From positions 75,067 through 100,044 of IMG/VR virus record IMGVR_UViG_3300042888_001115: a stretch of DNA of 24,978 nucleotides. One strand, given 5' to 3'. Each line of letters opens with the position of its first letter. Position 1 is the stretch's first letter. The notes below the pieces were generated by a model. The model had not been told where the DNA came from, ran no database searches, and saw nothing but the letters and a program-made list of their open reading frames with translations. The position numbers and the translations under genes were made by a program. The stretch comes from a virus (taxonomy: Duplodnaviria > Heunggongvirae > Uroviricota > Caudoviricetes). Shown piece after piece: positions 7,651 to 17,023 of this stretch.

Positions 7651-8466
7651 TTAAAGCTTAGCTAATTGTATTCTAAATTTAACGTTTGGATATTTTTTTT
7701 CTAATTGTTGTACTGCTGATATATTTTTTTGGGAATCATCTATAAAGAATATATCATCATATCCCTTTTTAATCATATCCTCAATGTACTTTGCTTTCTT
7801 TTGTGGGTCTGCATCACCTAATGCCATTACATAGATACTACCCATACCAATATCTTTTAAGTATTGTTTAACAGGTGCATATGCTGAACGAGCAGTTAAT
7901 ATAGTTACTCTACGTTCCCCTTCACTACTTACAAATCTTTTAAGTAATTTTGTATAACCCAGTATTTGTTCGGGTTCGTTTACATTGTTGAAATCTGAAA
8001 AATCAAATTGGTCACCTTGTTTTGGTGTATAAACTGCATATTCCCCAGGACTTAATTTAGATTTTTTTCCACCTCTATGTGTTACAAAAATAAATGATTT
8101 TGTTTTTACTAATGTATCATCGAAATCAAATATTCTTAATTTCTTATCTTCTGCCATTAAATCTCTTAATAACATTGATTCCTTTACATTCAACTTATCA
8201 TCTTCAATATGTCCATCAACTGGCTCATATCCTCTATTTATTTTATCTTTCTTTTTATCATATGGTTCTTGTACACCAGGTTCATTTGGTTCACCATCAT
8301 CAGAATCAACCGTGTGTTTTTCTGCCGGTGCTCCCATATGTTTAGTATAGGTAGATGTAGCGTGATGTTGATTAAAATCACGTTCTGCTTCGGTTTTTTC
8401 AGTATCGGAAAGACCTGTATTTAAATGCTTACCTGTATCTTCTAACAAATCTTTTAACTTTATCAT
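7651..8466 (-). CDS. HAD-superfamily phosphatase with N-terminal leader and acidic linker
   Basis: IFDFDDTL, ILTAR, KKAK, FIDDS (motifs I-IV). Start re-called at 8466 (ATGA overlap with the upstream stop), giving MIKLKDLLED. Confidence 0.85.
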   Translation of the reverse strand: MIKLKDLLEDTGKHLNTGLSDTEKTEAERDFNQHHATSTYTKHMGAPAEKHTVDSDDGEPNEPGVQEPYDKKKDKINRGYEPVDGHIEDDKLNVKESMLLRDLMAEDKKLRIFDFDDTLVKTKSFIFVTHRGGKKSKLSPGEYAVYTPKQGDQFDFSDFNNVNEPEQILGYTKLLKRFVSSEGERRVTILTARSAYAPVKQYLKDIGMGSIYVMALGDADPQKKAKYIEDMIKKGYDDIFFIDDSQKNISAVQQLEKKYPNVKFRIQLAKL

Positions 8467-8783
8467 AGTCCACACATTTTTGTAAATTCACCTCTATTAT
8501 AAATAACATTCTCTTTATTGAATTTTTCAATCATAGAATGCAATACTTCTTCTCTATTTTTCATATCTCTAATCATATGCACAATTTCTGCAACACCCAC
8601 TACCATATCTCTATCGTTTTCATGTCCATCTTCTTCATTTACTTTTTTATTATCATGTCCACACTTGTGACAAACATAGATATTTTTTCCACCGTCTATA
8701 ATATCCCAAGACCACTTGCATTTGTCACAAATTATTTCTTTATTTGTTACAACTTCATTTAATAAATTTTTCAAAAGTATCAT
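8463..8783 (-). CDS. Small two-module protein: leader, Zn-ribbon and helical module
   Basis: MILLKNLLNE; CDKC..W...GG...CHKC; junction KKVNEE. Confidence 0.75.
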   Translation of the reverse strand: MILLKNLLNEVVTNKEIICDKCKWSWDIIDGGKNIYVCHKCGHDNKKVNEEDGHENDRDMVVGVAEIVHMIRDMKNREEVLHSMIEKFNKENVIYNRGEFTKMCGL

Positions 8784-8998
8784 TTAGGATGTTTATTTAA
8801 ATATCGTGTAAGTAATATATAAGATAACCAAAAACAACCTGAAATTGAGTAAAAGATAACGTCTGCTCCCCAATACGAACCTGTCAATTCCATCATTAGT
8901 TTGAATAGTGCATCGTAACCCAGTGGTAGAAAGAACATCGCTAACATTAGTGATGTATCTTTTAAAACAGTTATTCTCTTTTTTGTCTGTTTTTCCAT
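8780..8998 (-). CDS. Small two-TM membrane protein
   Basis: 72 aa, two hydrophobic helices; ATGA overlap with the downstream gene. Confidence 0.7.
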   Translation of the reverse strand: MEKQTKKRITVLKDTSLMLAMFFLPLGYDALFKLMMELTGSYWGADVIFYSISGCFWLSYILLTRYLNKHPK

Positions 8999-9057
8999 TT
9001 TTTAGTATTATACTATCACCGTCCATTTAGGCCCTGATTTCGTTATTAATATTGAAC

Positions 9058-9378
9058 TTATCCATTCAATTGTTTCTTGTCTGATTTAGTTGATGTTTTT
9101 GCTAATTTTTCATTTTCTTTTGTAAGAAATTCAACTTTAACCGATAGTGCTGCTACTTGTTTAGTTAAATCTAAAATCATCATTCGTAAATCATCTTTTT
9201 CTTTACCGGCTGCTTCTAATAATCCTTCTAATTTAGCAATTCTATCTTTACAATCGTGTCTAATAAAATCTTCATCTCTTTCTTTATGCATTGCTCTTTT
9301 TTCATAGAATCTCCATGCAGATGCTCCACCTAAAATTGAAATTGCGGTTATTAATACGGTATATGCGTTTTGGTCCAT
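9058..9378 (-). CDS. N-terminal TM plus coiled-coil protein (holin/XhlA-like architecture, function unproven)
   Basis: TVLITAISILGGASAW TM segment, then a long heptad helix. Confidence 0.65.
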   Translation of the reverse strand: MDQNAYTVLITAISILGGASAWRFYEKRAMHKERDEDFIRHDCKDRIAKLEGLLEAAGKEKDDLRMMILDLTKQVAALSVKVEFLTKENEKLAKTSTKSDKKQLNG

Positions 9379-9420
9379 TGTTTTTGTGTATTTAAGGGGG
9401 TTAATACTATAATATAAATA

Positions 9421-10263
9421 TTAAATAATTGAATGAAATGATGTATAATATCCAGGATCATTTAATATACTATTATATATATTATCCGCTACAATTTCAT
9501 GTGCTTCAAAATTAGGATGCGAATCATCTATTCCTAAATCATCTACTACTCTTAATTTATTTATAGTTACAAAATCAAAGATATTAGAAAATGAAATACC
9601 ATTATGTTGAATTTTTACAAATATATTCTCATCAAATTTATCCAAATTTTCTTTGTAATCATCTGAATATGATATTACTTTTAATATAACACCTTTACTT
9701 TTTAAAATTTTATGTAGTATATTAATCTTACTTATAAAATATGCACTTTGATTTTTTCTCCAACGTACCTCATCTAATGTAAATAATTCTAATTCTAATT
9801 CTAACTTAGTTATAAAATCATTTTTATCTACAACATCTATATTATCTATTAATTCTTTTTTTGATTTTACAAACCCATCATATGTTTCAAAATCTAATTT
9901 ATAAATCTTATTTTCGTATATAAAAAAATCTCTTGTAACATTTGTAAGTTGTAATATAACTACCTTTGGTTTAAAAAAATTATGGTCAAACTTGTCATCA
10001 CCCGGTAAGTATATAGAATTAGTTGATTTTTTTATAATCTCTAATCCTTCAAAAAAATTACTTGAACCTGAACTTGATACGATTTGATTAGGTAAATCTA
10101 ATTTTTTAGCTAAAATACTAGAGTATGAGTGTTTATAATTAAAATATAACTCATCAGTTGTAATTGTATTAAAATCTAATGGTAATCCTAGTTGTTTTCT
10201 TTTATAAAAGTGTAATGCTAATCCATGTGTAAATGAAGTGCCCACTGCTAATATCTTATACAT
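9421..10263 (-). CDS. SGNH/GDSL hydrolase-fold protein
   Basis: ILAVGTSFTHG block I; DDSHPN (DxxH) at the C-terminus. Confidence 0.7.
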   Translation of the reverse strand: MYKILAVGTSFTHGLALHFYKRKQLGLPLDFNTITTDELYFNYKHSYSSILAKKLDLPNQIVSSSGSSNFFEGLEIIKKSTNSIYLPGDDKFDHNFFKPKVVILQLTNVTRDFFIYENKIYKLDFETYDGFVKSKKELIDNIDVVDKNDFITKLELELELFTLDEVRWRKNQSAYFISKINILHKILKSKGVILKVISYSDDYKENLDKFDENIFVKIQHNGISFSNIFDFVTINKLRVVDDLGIDDSHPNFEAHEIVADNIYNSILNDPGYYTSFHSII

Positions 10264-10266
10264 AAC

Positions 10267-10644
10267 TTATTTTAAAGTTAATAAATACTTAGTTTGATTT
10301 AATTTACCTAATAGTTCATCTCTTAGATTAAGTAAATCGGTATCTACTTTTGCATCAAGTGAATCTGTTAATTTTGTACACATATCAATTGCACCATCTA
10401 CTACACTAATAACATTTTCATCTGAAACATTTATGAATGTGTAACTTAATCCCGCTACCTCTATTCTACCATATTTACCCATTGCGATTTCAGTAAATTC
10501 ATCTATGTTAGCTATAATAGCATCAAACAATCCATCTAATGCAATATGTTTAGAATAAATTTTAGTTTGCCAATGAAAGAACTTAACTTGTACTTGTAAT
10601 TGAACAATATCTTGTATGTATTGTTGTAAATCTTTATTTTCCAT
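10267..10644 (-). CDS. Dps/ferritin-like protein (DUF5856 type)
   Basis: KFFHWQT...HIALD...IDEFTE: Dps-like His/His/Asp/Glu pattern in a four-helix-bundle-sized ORF. Confidence 0.8.
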   Translation of the reverse strand: MENKDLQQYIQDIVQLQVQVKFFHWQTKIYSKHIALDGLFDAIIANIDEFTEIAMGKYGRIEVAGLSYTFINVSDENVISVVDGAIDMCTKLTDSLDAKVDTDLLNLRDELLGKLNQTKYLLTLK

Positions 10645-12307
10645 TTGAATATTGTGTTTGATTTTCAGGTTTTGGAATATTATTTCCTAATTTTTTATCT
10701 TCCTGGTCATAATATCCTTTTGATGCTTGAACAATATAGTTTTCTGCATTTGTGATATGGTCTTGTATCCATCCTGGAATATCTTTCTCTTGGTCACCTA
10801 ATCTACCCATTAAATCGTTTACTGCTTTACCAATACTCACCAATGATGCTTTTGCCATAGAAACTTCGTGGTCTTGTACACCATTACTTGCTACTACATC
10901 GCCACCTGGTTCTTGCATATCATCTTCGTTTAGTGTAGTTTCGTTTACGGATTCACCTAATCTATCAATCATTCCACTTACAACTCTGTTAGTTATTTTA
11001 TGGTTATTATCATTAAAAGCTTTTAAAATCGCTTGATAAACACTATTACTACCTTTATAGTTGAACTTATCTATCTTTAGTTTTCTACCATTTTTTAATG
11101 TTACTAAAATATAGTCCGGTTTTACAAATTCATCCCAATCTTTGTAGAGGGGTGCCGCTTCGTTTACTATACTTTCACCGAACATACCTACGAAATCACC
11201 TTGATATCTATTACCTGGTCTTCCTGACATTGCGGTTGCAAAATCTTTTCTAATTTTTTCTTTCCCTTTAGATATATAGTTAAAAAGTTTTTTAGAATTT
11301 AAATTATAATCATCTATAAATTTTTGTACTATACTATCACGTGTACCTGTCAATCCAGCAATTTCTTTTGCTTCTCTACCCGTTCCTTCACCCATTCTTC
11401 TTTTAACTATTAACTCTTTTGCTTCTTTTCTAGGTTTGATTTCATTTTTATAGAATTCACTTAGTGTTGTATAAACAGTTTCATCAACATGCTTACCCAT
11501 TCTCCATCCACCACCTTTCTTTTCATACATCTTAACTCTTTCTGTCATTCCTCTACCTTCACATACTCTACCGGTTGCTTTCCACAAAATATCATTTGTT
11601 GGAGTAGGTTTTGTATCTCTCATTGTACCCAATGGTCCTTCGTTTTTAGTTTTTTCACTTACACCCGGTATTACTGCTGATGGTAATGCATCTAAATCAT
11701 TTGATGTTGGTTCTTCTGGTTTAGTTGTTACACTTCCTTCTTTAATATCATATGCCTTTGCATAATGTTCTAAATCTCTATTAATAGATACTAATGATGA
11801 TTTATCATTTGGATTTGCTCTTTTCATTTTATTTATAATACCTTGAAAAAATTTCTTTCTTCCACCTTCTAGTTTATTTACTTTATTTTCAAAATCTTTA
11901 ACTATTGCTTTAACTTTTTGTGGGTTTAATTTTCTACCATCATTCCAATTATTAAATGCATCTTTTGCATCTTTTGCTAATTGTGCAATTCCTAATGCTG
12001 ATAAAACTGTCACACCGGTTGCACCTAATGTTAAAAGCCATGCTAATACATGTAATCCAATTATTTGAAATGAGTTTAATCCCGCATCACTACACGCTTG
12101 CATAAATTCTCTAAATACTTCTGGATTTATAGATTCATCAATGTGGTCAGGTAATCCTTTATGTTTTGTTGATGCGAAATCTTTAGCTGATTTATCACTC
12201 ATATTATCGGCTGCTTTTTCTACTTCTTTACTTGCTGGTGTTTCACCTTTTTGTGCGGCGTGGACCATTCCCATAAATTTTTGTTGTGCTTTACTTACTG
12301 CTGGCAT
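10634..12307 (-). CDS. DUF3008-led modular protein (putative head-packaged polyprotein)
   Basis: MPAVSKAQQKFMG...FASTKHKGLP is DUF3008-like; hydrophobic stretch aa ~82-110; repeated hydrophobic-x-E junctions. Confidence 0.75.
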   Translation of the reverse strand: MPAVSKAQQKFMGMVHAAQKGETPASKEVEKAADNMSDKSAKDFASTKHKGLPDHIDESINPEVFREFMQACSDAGLNSFQIIGLHVLAWLLTLGATGVTVLSALGIAQLAKDAKDAFNNWNDGRKLNPQKVKAIVKDFENKVNKLEGGRKKFFQGIINKMKRANPNDKSSLVSINRDLEHYAKAYDIKEGSVTTKPEEPTSNDLDALPSAVIPGVSEKTKNEGPLGTMRDTKPTPTNDILWKATGRVCEGRGMTERVKMYEKKGGGWRMGKHVDETVYTTLSEFYKNEIKPRKEAKELIVKRRMGEGTGREAKEIAGLTGTRDSIVQKFIDDYNLNSKKLFNYISKGKEKIRKDFATAMSGRPGNRYQGDFVGMFGESIVNEAAPLYKDWDEFVKPDYILVTLKNGRKLKIDKFNYKGSNSVYQAILKAFNDNNHKITNRVVSGMIDRLGESVNETTLNEDDMQEPGGDVVASNGVQDHEVSMAKASLVSIGKAVNDLMGRLGDQEKDIPGWIQDHITNAENYIVQASKGYYDQEDKKLGNNIPKPENQTQYSNGK

Positions 12308-12325
12308 ATTTGTTTTCCTCTAATA

Positions 12326-12334
12326 TATAAATAT
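12326..12334 (-). promoter_or_regulatory. Candidate phage-specific promoter motif ATATTTATA
   Basis: Intergenic, 18 nt upstream of the 12307 ATG. Confidence 0.5.
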
Positions 12335-12338
12335 AAGA

Positions 12339-13457
12339 TTAATTTACTTTAATTAATTCATTTTGATATTCATTGTAGTTTTTTATATATAGATTAAATA
12401 TATCTATTTTGAATTGCCCAATTTGTGTATTTTGTTTTAATACATATGGTACTTTCATTAAAAATTCTATGTTTTCGTTTGTTAGATGTTCTGCATTTAT
12501 TGTCACAAAACTATCATTGGTAAGTTCATCATTAATATCTTTTAACTTACTAACACCCTCAACTTGACCCAAATTATTAGTGTATATAGTTGTAAAGTAT
12601 GGTTCTAAAAATATAACTAAATCTTGTGGTGCATTATAAATGATTAACCCAATGTTATATTTTGGCATTGGAATTGGTTTGTGATTTATATCAAAATACC
12701 ATATACACCCCCATTTTCTAATATATTTTTTTGTATCGGTATCTATTCTACTTTGATAATCATCTTGTACTTTTTGTAAATCACCACCTTCAAATTTATG
12801 CCCTCTTTGTGTAAAATGATAAACTAATGCATCTCTACTTTGTATAATATCAAATCCACCAATTACCATTCTATGAAAAATATCAACATCTTCGATTGTT
12901 TGAAAATTTGTATCGTGTCCACCTAATATATTAATGTACTCATCTTTCAATACAAACCAAGGTGCAAATATACCATTGTTAGTTGTATTTTTTTCTATCG
13001 TTTCATAGAACTCATCAAACTTAGATTGATTAAACTCATTTGGATATGTACCTGCATCTAATTGATATTTTTCCTTACCTGCTGGATGAATTGGTGGCTC
13101 TACACACATACCACATACGATTTTATTTGTTCCCACATACTTCAAAATATTCTCAAAGAAATTTTTGTGAACTATCATATCTGCGTGCAAAATCCCTATT
13201 ACAGGTCTACTTGCTATTTGAAATCCATAATCGTATAAAACAGGATGTCCAAGTTTTTCACTATATATGTGGGTAATTGTATTTGTATGTTTTAATGATA
13301 ATAACCATTCATTTGTTCCATCATTACACCCATCCCCATATAGTATAACTTCAATATCGTCAGAAATATCTCTAACTGATTTATATACTAATTTTAAATA
13401 CTCTAAGTTATTATAACTTGGTATTACTACTGAAATGTCTTTTAATTCGTAACTCAT
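12339..13457 (-). CDS. Glycosyltransferase family 2 (GT-A)
   Basis: ISVVIPSYN, DGCNDGT, LHADM, ED.D...R acceptor region. Confidence 0.9.
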   Translation of the reverse strand: MSYELKDISVVIPSYNNLEYLKLVYKSVRDISDDIEVILYGDGCNDGTNEWLLSLKHTNTITHIYSEKLGHPVLYDYGFQIASRPVIGILHADMIVHKNFFENILKYVGTNKIVCGMCVEPPIHPAGKEKYQLDAGTYPNEFNQSKFDEFYETIEKNTTNNGIFAPWFVLKDEYINILGGHDTNFQTIEDVDIFHRMVIGGFDIIQSRDALVYHFTQRGHKFEGGDLQKVQDDYQSRIDTDTKKYIRKWGCIWYFDINHKPIPMPKYNIGLIIYNAPQDLVIFLEPYFTTIYTNNLGQVEGVSKLKDINDELTNDSFVTINAEHLTNENIEFLMKVPYVLKQNTQIGQFKIDIFNLYIKNYNEYQNELIKVN

Positions 13458-14101
13458 TCGCCTACATCTTTTATGTGTCTACCCCACCCAGCATGCTTAC
13501 AATATCCTTCTGTAAATGCCATAGCAAAGTATCCTAATGAATAATAATATTTACTTAATTCTAATTCTCTACCTATTGGTTTATACCCATCTTCTGGATA
13601 ATCTTTCATTTTCTTTAGTGCAGGATTGAATGTAAATCCGTGCCAATGTCCATCAAATCCCCAACTTACTCTTTGTACTTTATTTCCCATTGGAGTTAAA
13701 TATACATCAGGTAAAAGTGGATGCCCTATATCATTTGGGTCTCTTGTTTGAACACAAATAATCTTATCATCTAAATCTATAATTTCTAAACAAGCTTCTA
13801 TAAATCCTTCTTTGTAAAATTCCCAATCTTCTTCCATATGAAAAACATACGGAGTAATTACATATCCATACATTTTATCAATAGTTGCAACCTGCCCTAT
13901 GTTAGTAGGGTTATACCAAAAACTTACTGATGGGAATTTTTGTTTTAAATGGTCATTACATCCTACCACACCACTATCATCTATAACATGAAAGTAATCT
14001 AATTCAATTGGATATGTGTTATATTTGAAAAAACTATCTAAGGTTTTCTCTAATAAATCTGGTCTATTACAACTTGTACAAACTACACTTACTTCTTTCA
14101 T
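13454..14101 (-). CDS. GT-A fold glycosyltransferase (GT2-like)
   Basis: VSVVCTSCNRPDLLEKTLDSF, VIDDS, FHMEEDW. Confidence 0.8.
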   Translation of the reverse strand: MKEVSVVCTSCNRPDLLEKTLDSFFKYNTYPIELDYFHVIDDSGVVGCNDHLKQKFPSVSFWYNPTNIGQVATIDKMYGYVITPYVFHMEEDWEFYKEGFIEACLEIIDLDDKIICVQTRDPNDIGHPLLPDVYLTPMGNKVQRVSWGFDGHWHGFTFNPALKKMKDYPEDGYKPIGRELELSKYYYSLGYFAMAFTEGYCKHAGWGRHIKDVGE

Positions 14102-14580
14102 AATCTTATTATTCTTTGTACCATCGGTTTGATATTAATTAATGATGGTTCAAAATATTCTTTAAATTCTTTAAAACTTTTAAAACTTTTAAATGTATTT
14201 TTTTTATCAACTATTTTTTTTAATTCATTATTTTTTTCAATAATGTAATTTGAATTATAATTTGGGTTATGTCTACTTTTAATTTGTATTTTTAATTCTT
14301 CTTCTTTCAAATTAATTATTCCAAATTTAATATTTTTATAATAATGTTTACACTCTAATATAAAGTTTGGTGGAAATATATTTGTTAAATAAATCTGATT
14401 ATCTTTATTAACCAATTCTAACATAACATCTATTAATAATATTTCATTTTCATATTCACCATTTGGTAATGCTTTTATCACATCCCAATCCACTAAATCA
14501 TAATCTTTTAATTTATTATTGTTTAGTGAACAAAATGTTGTTTTACCACTACATTCGGTTGTGAAAATTATCCAATTCAT
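14098..14580 (-). CDS. P-loop kinase-like protein (degenerate Walker A)
   Basis: TTECSGKTT followed by LVDWD; extremely AT-rich gene. Confidence 0.5.
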   Translation of the reverse strand: MNWIIFTTECSGKTTFCSLNNNKLKDYDLVDWDVIKALPNGEYENEILLIDVMLELVNKDNQIYLTNIFPPNFILECKHYYKNIKFGIINLKEEELKIQIKSRHNPNYNSNYIIEKNNELKKIVDKKNTFKSFKSFKEFKEYFEPSLINIKPMVQRIIRL

Positions 14581-15206
14581 TATAACGTTTCGTAAAGAGC
14601 ATTTTGTTTTTCTTGTCTTTCTATTTCTTTAATGTGTTTAATACAATATGTTTCATCTTGTGGAAATATTGTATAACTTTCAAATCCCTGTAATTGTTCA
14701 TGTACTTTACCTGCCCAAAAAATAGATTGTTTGTTTTGATATAATCTACCTTGAACATCAGGAAAATTTACCCATCCTTTCTCATTTACATTCCATCTCC
14801 ATTTTTGAATATGTGATTCTGTTAATCCATTCACTATATTAATTCTAGGAATAAAAAACATTTCAATAGTATCATTACCTTCTAATATATTTGATAATCC
14901 CTGTATTAATATTGGGTCTATTGTTTCGTCTGCATCTAATTGGAATATCCAGTCACCCGTACAATTTTGTGTAAGATGTTGTTTGTATGTTCCAAAATCT
15001 CCATTCAGAGGATATCCAATTGTTTTATCAATTTTTTTGTCAAATGTCAAATCATTAAGATATTCAAGTACTTCAACCGTCACTTTTTGATTATCATATT
15101 GAACAACAATTTCATCTACTTCTCTTTTGTTTTCTATTAGTAGTGGTAATAATGTTTGTATTTCTTTTATTTCATTTACAACCGTAATTGCATAACTTAT
15201 TTTCAT
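14580..15206 (-). CDS. Glycosyltransferase family 2 (WaaE/SunS-like subtype)
   Basis: WIFQLDADE DxD motif; PDVQGRLY...WAGKVHEQL. Confidence 0.85.
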   Translation of the reverse strand: MKISYAITVVNEIKEIQTLLPLLIENKREVDEIVVQYDNQKVTVEVLEYLNDLTFDKKIDKTIGYPLNGDFGTYKQHLTQNCTGDWIFQLDADETIDPILIQGLSNILEGNDTIEMFFIPRINIVNGLTESHIQKWRWNVNEKGWVNFPDVQGRLYQNKQSIFWAGKVHEQLQGFESYTIFPQDETYCIKHIKEIERQEKQNALYETL

Positions 15207-15207
15207 A

Positions 15208-15753
15208 TTATATTATTTCTTGTTCATCTGTATTAAAATTTTTGAATCCTAATTTTGGTTTTAGTTTAGATACATCAAAATACAACTCTTTAATCATCTT
15301 TACATTTTTCTTTTTGTAAGTGCGATATACATCATATTTTTGCAAATCTCTATTATTTTTAACTGATTTTTTATAAAAGGTTCTACCACTTTTATCAATT
15401 AAGATTGCTTTCCTACCCGTGTCATATCCTAAATTTTCATTAAACGTTGCATCTTTATCTTCGATTTCTTTAATTAATTCACGAGTGTATGCTTGGTTTT
15501 GAATATCATCATATAATTTTAAAAATCTAGTTAATGGTAGTTCATTTAATTTTATACAATGTATCAATCCTTTTTGTGAATTTTTACCTAATACCAATAA
15601 CAATGGGGTTGTTGCGGCACTATATGATTCACTTACTCCTGTATCTTCATATTTGTAACCATATAATCTATAAAATCCGCCATTCTTAACTTCATTAATA
15701 GAGGTTACTATTTCTTTATAAAAATATTTTCTATAATGATGTATCTGATTCAT
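15208..15753 (-). CDS. T4 gp2-like DNA end-protector-fold protein (tentative)
   Basis: GGFYRLYGY...TPLLLVLG...GLIHCIKLNELP...C-terminal YRTY resembles the gp2 G.MY.F.Y...PL...G.NLHYLP pattern from memory. Confidence 0.5.
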   Translation of the reverse strand: MNQIHHYRKYFYKEIVTSINEVKNGGFYRLYGYKYEDTGVSESYSAATTPLLLVLGKNSQKGLIHCIKLNELPLTRFLKLYDDIQNQAYTRELIKEIEDKDATFNENLGYDTGRKAILIDKSGRTFYKKSVKNNRDLQKYDVYRTYKKKNVKMIKELYFDVSKLKPKLGFKNFNTDEQEII

Positions 15754-17020
15754 TTATCTTAGTAAGGGTTGGTAAATTCAATGGTATAAATTGTTTTATT
15801 GTTGGAACATATTGAGTTAAAATAGTGTCAAATGATTTAGTCATTTTTTGTAAACTAAAATTTTCGTTATTATACTTACCCAATTTTTTAGATTCAACTT
15901 TATATGTGTTGTAGTTCTTATAAATATCTTTTAACTTATTAATTGCATTAGAATAATTTACATAAAACCATTGACTACCATCTATAATAAATTGATTTTG
16001 TGCCGATTTATCTACGGGTTTTAATTCACCCTCTAATAATACTGCACCACTTTTTAAGAAATCTAAATGACCACTCCAATTAGATGCAATTACCGGCTTA
16101 CCCGTCAAACTGAATTCTAATAGAGGTCTGCCGAATCCCTCACCATGTGTAAATGATACCATTGCTTTTACTTTTGGATGTTCATATAACCCATGCATTT
16201 CGGTTTCAGTTAAATCACCATGTAGTAAATAGATTGAAGGACACTTATCACCAAATTCATTTGTAAGTGTTTCTATTCTGCCCGCCATATCTTCTCTATC
16301 TCTTACACTAAACCCAGCGGATGATGTTTTTAATACCAATGCTGGTTTTTGTTTTTCATTACTAAAAGCGTGACAAAAACTTTTGATTGTCATTCCAATA
16401 TCTTTTCTATCATGTCCTAATTGACCTTGTAACCAGTGCCCGGTAATTAAGAATGCAAACTCTTCTTTGATTGCATCTAATTCCGTAATATATGGAACTT
16501 CTGCCGCACCAAATGTTGCATCATTAAATCCTTCAAATAGAACTTCAATTGGTTTTGTAATTTTGAAATTATTAATAACTTGTTGTGTTTGATTATTTTT
16601 TTCTACATACGATGTTTTTATTAATACATCTTTAGAAAATTCAGATGGAACTATAATCAAATCCATTTTATTACAACCATGTATCCAATCAATAGGACAA
16701 ACCGTTGTTTCTATACCTGCTGAAATACCGATATTATATGTTCCTTTTCTTTCAAATTCATTAGGAACTGTAATTTGAATAAACACATCGGGTGTTCTAT
16801 CAATAGGTAATCCAATTCTATCTATGATTTGTTTATCACTATCATTTTTTGCATTTAGACCATTCATAGGAGTACTACCCCATCTCATTGATACAATTCT
16901 AATATCGTATTTATCTAAACTAATTAAACTTCTAACTAAATCTCTACTATGGTCTCCGTAACCACTTCGCGTTGCTACCGGTCCTTGAACTACTACTAAA
17001 GGTTTTTTAATTTCTGCCAT
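15731..17020 (-). CDS. Glycosyltransferase family 4 (GT-B)
   Basis: RSGYG N-terminal loop; GEGFGRPLLE (E-x7-E); PVIASNWSGHLDF. Confidence 0.9.
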   Translation of the reverse strand: MAEIKKPLVVVQGPVATRSGYGDHSRDLVRSLISLDKYDIRIVSMRWGSTPMNGLNAKNDSDKQIIDRIGLPIDRTPDVFIQITVPNEFERKGTYNIGISAGIETTVCPIDWIHGCNKMDLIIVPSEFSKDVLIKTSYVEKNNQTQQVINNFKITKPIEVLFEGFNDATFGAAEVPYITELDAIKEEFAFLITGHWLQGQLGHDRKDIGMTIKSFCHAFSNEKQKPALVLKTSSAGFSVRDREDMAGRIETLTNEFGDKCPSIYLLHGDLTETEMHGLYEHPKVKAMVSFTHGEGFGRPLLEFSLTGKPVIASNWSGHLDFLKSGAVLLEGELKPVDKSAQNQFIIDGSQWFYVNYSNAINKLKDIYKNYNTYKVESKKLGKYNNENFSLQKMTKSFDTILTQYVPTIKQFIPLNLPTLTKINESDTSL

Positions 17021-17023
17021 AAC

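Noticed and set aside
8467-8475. MWT extension of the HAD gene start
   Set aside because: The ATG at 8466 overlaps the upstream TGA (ATGA) and yields the leader shared with the neighbour, so it is the more likely start
9058-9378. Definite holin / lysis cassette
   Set aside because: Only the TM plus coiled-coil architecture supports it; there is no endolysin or spanin in the window
12308-12325. Shine-Dalgarno-like GAGGA before 12307 and AAGGA before 18641
   Set aside because: Only two cases among ~40 starts, most of which are A-rich and SD-less (e.g. AAAATAAGTTATG at 10263, 17020 and 18427); not distinguishable from chance
14161-14195. Short 9-nt tandem repeat encoding FKSFKSFKEFKE
   Set aside because: Too short and expected in extremely AT-rich coding sequence
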